Shown piece by piece: positions 24,057-24,761 of a DNA stretch of 24,761 nucleotides. Numbering within the stretch: position 1 is the first letter of the stretch; every line of letters begins with the position of its first letter. The stretch comes from Candidatus Eiseniibacteriota bacterium. GTDB lineage: Bacteria; Eisenbacteria; RBG-16-71-46; SZUA-252. The notes beneath the pieces are model-generated. The model was not told the DNA's origin, did no database searches, and was given only the letters and a program-made list of their open reading frames with translations. Location of the stretch: positions 1 to 24,761 of the forward strand of contig JANMQV010000059.1 of assembly GCA_031370645.1 (NCBI GenBank), in the 5' to 3' direction. The translations under genes and the position numbers were made by a program.

Positions 24057-24761
24057 CGCCGGGCAACCTGCCAGCATCCTGGCTGTGGACGACACCCCCG
24101 CCAACTTGCAAGTATTGGCCGCCATGCTCAAGGACCACGGGTACAAGGTCCGCCCCGTTCCCAGCGGCAAGCTGGCGTTGCTCGCGGCGCGGCGCGATCC
24201 CCCGGACTTAATCCTCCTCGACATCAACATGCCGGAGATGAACGGCTACGAGGTGTGCGAACACCTCAAAGCCGACAGCAAGCTCAAGGAGATTCCCGTC
24301 ATCTTCATCAGCGCTCTCACGGAGCAACTGGATAAGGTGAAGGCCTTTGCCACCGGCGGCGTGGATTACCTCACTAAGCCGTTTCAGATGGAAGAATTGC
24401 ACGCCCGCGTCGAGACGCACCTGAACCTCCGCCGCTTGCAAATCGAGTTGGAGGATACGAACGCGCGACTGGCGAAGGCCAACGGCCTGATGTCCGGCGA
24501 CCTGAAGGCGGCGGCAAGAATCCAGGAGACGTTCCTACCCCGCGAGGTACCTCGCGTCCCGGGCGCGGACTTCGCCTGGATCTACCGACCCTGCGACGAA
24601 CTGGGCGGCGATGGCCTCAACATTATCCCACTGGGCGAGGGCCAGGTCGGGCTGTACATCCTGGATGTCAGCGGCCATGGCGTCGCGTCGGCCCTATTAT
24701 CGGTAACGCTCAGCCGCCTGCTCGCGCCGCAGTCGGAGCCTTCCTCAATTCTGTTTCAGGA
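24037..24761 (+). CDS. Response regulator with a PP2C/SpoIIE phosphatase domain (RsbU/RsbP-like), runs off the right edge
   Basis: Not in the ORF track (no stop). Manual translation from TTG at 24037: ...SILAVDDTPANL...PDLILLDINMPEMNGYEVC...DYLTKPF...AARIQETFLP...ELGGD...LDVSGHGVASAL. Confidence 0.92.
   Translation, partial: MNLEKSSAGQPASILAVDDTPANLQVLAAMLKDHGYKVRPVPSGKLALLAARRDPPDLILLDINMPEMNGYEVCEHLKADSKLKEIPVIFISALTEQLDKVKAFATGGVDYLTKPFQMEELHARVETHLNLRRLQIELEDTNARLAKANGLMSGDLKAAARIQETFLPREVPRVPGADFAWIYRPCDELGGDGLNIIPLGEGQVGLYILDVSGHGVASALLSVTLSRLLAPQSEPSSILFQ

Overview
This is a high-GC bacterial accessory region; the gene types suggest an Acidobacteria/Gemmatimonadota/Eisenbacteria-like host, which is a weak inference. 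From 1 to about 18.8 kb it is a string of unrelated one- or two-gene modules. These are four toxin-antitoxin-like pairs (AbiEi/AbiEii, HigB/HigA-like and two nucleotidyltransferase + small-protein pairs), a Ser/Thr kinase with a TolB-like propeller, three outer-membrane beta-barrel-like proteins, lipoproteins (COG3650, DUF4440, ice-binding DUF3494), a metal-binding secreted protein and several truncated gene fragments. Most module junctions carry termini or internally deleted relics of two related rve/'integrase core domain' DDE transposase elements. Family A has its ORF at 541-<1 and the end motif GGAATwTTGAGAAGGGACA; family B has a relic at 18315-18802 and the end motif GAGTTTTCGGACACTWCG. 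All A pieces share one orientation and all B pieces share one orientation. A third ~110-bp repeat (tRNA-like 3' end GGGGAGCCA plus UUCG and GAAA hairpins) occurs three times in full and once in part, also co-oriented. The layout looks like an integron-like cassette array built on DDE-element ends rather than attC sites; this is a hypothesis. The right end (18.9-24.8 kb) holds an MFS/NTT-like transporter fused to HEAT repeats, a hybrid histidine kinase with a recent tandem PAS duplication, and a REC-PP2C (SpoIIE-type) phosphatase that runs off the window.
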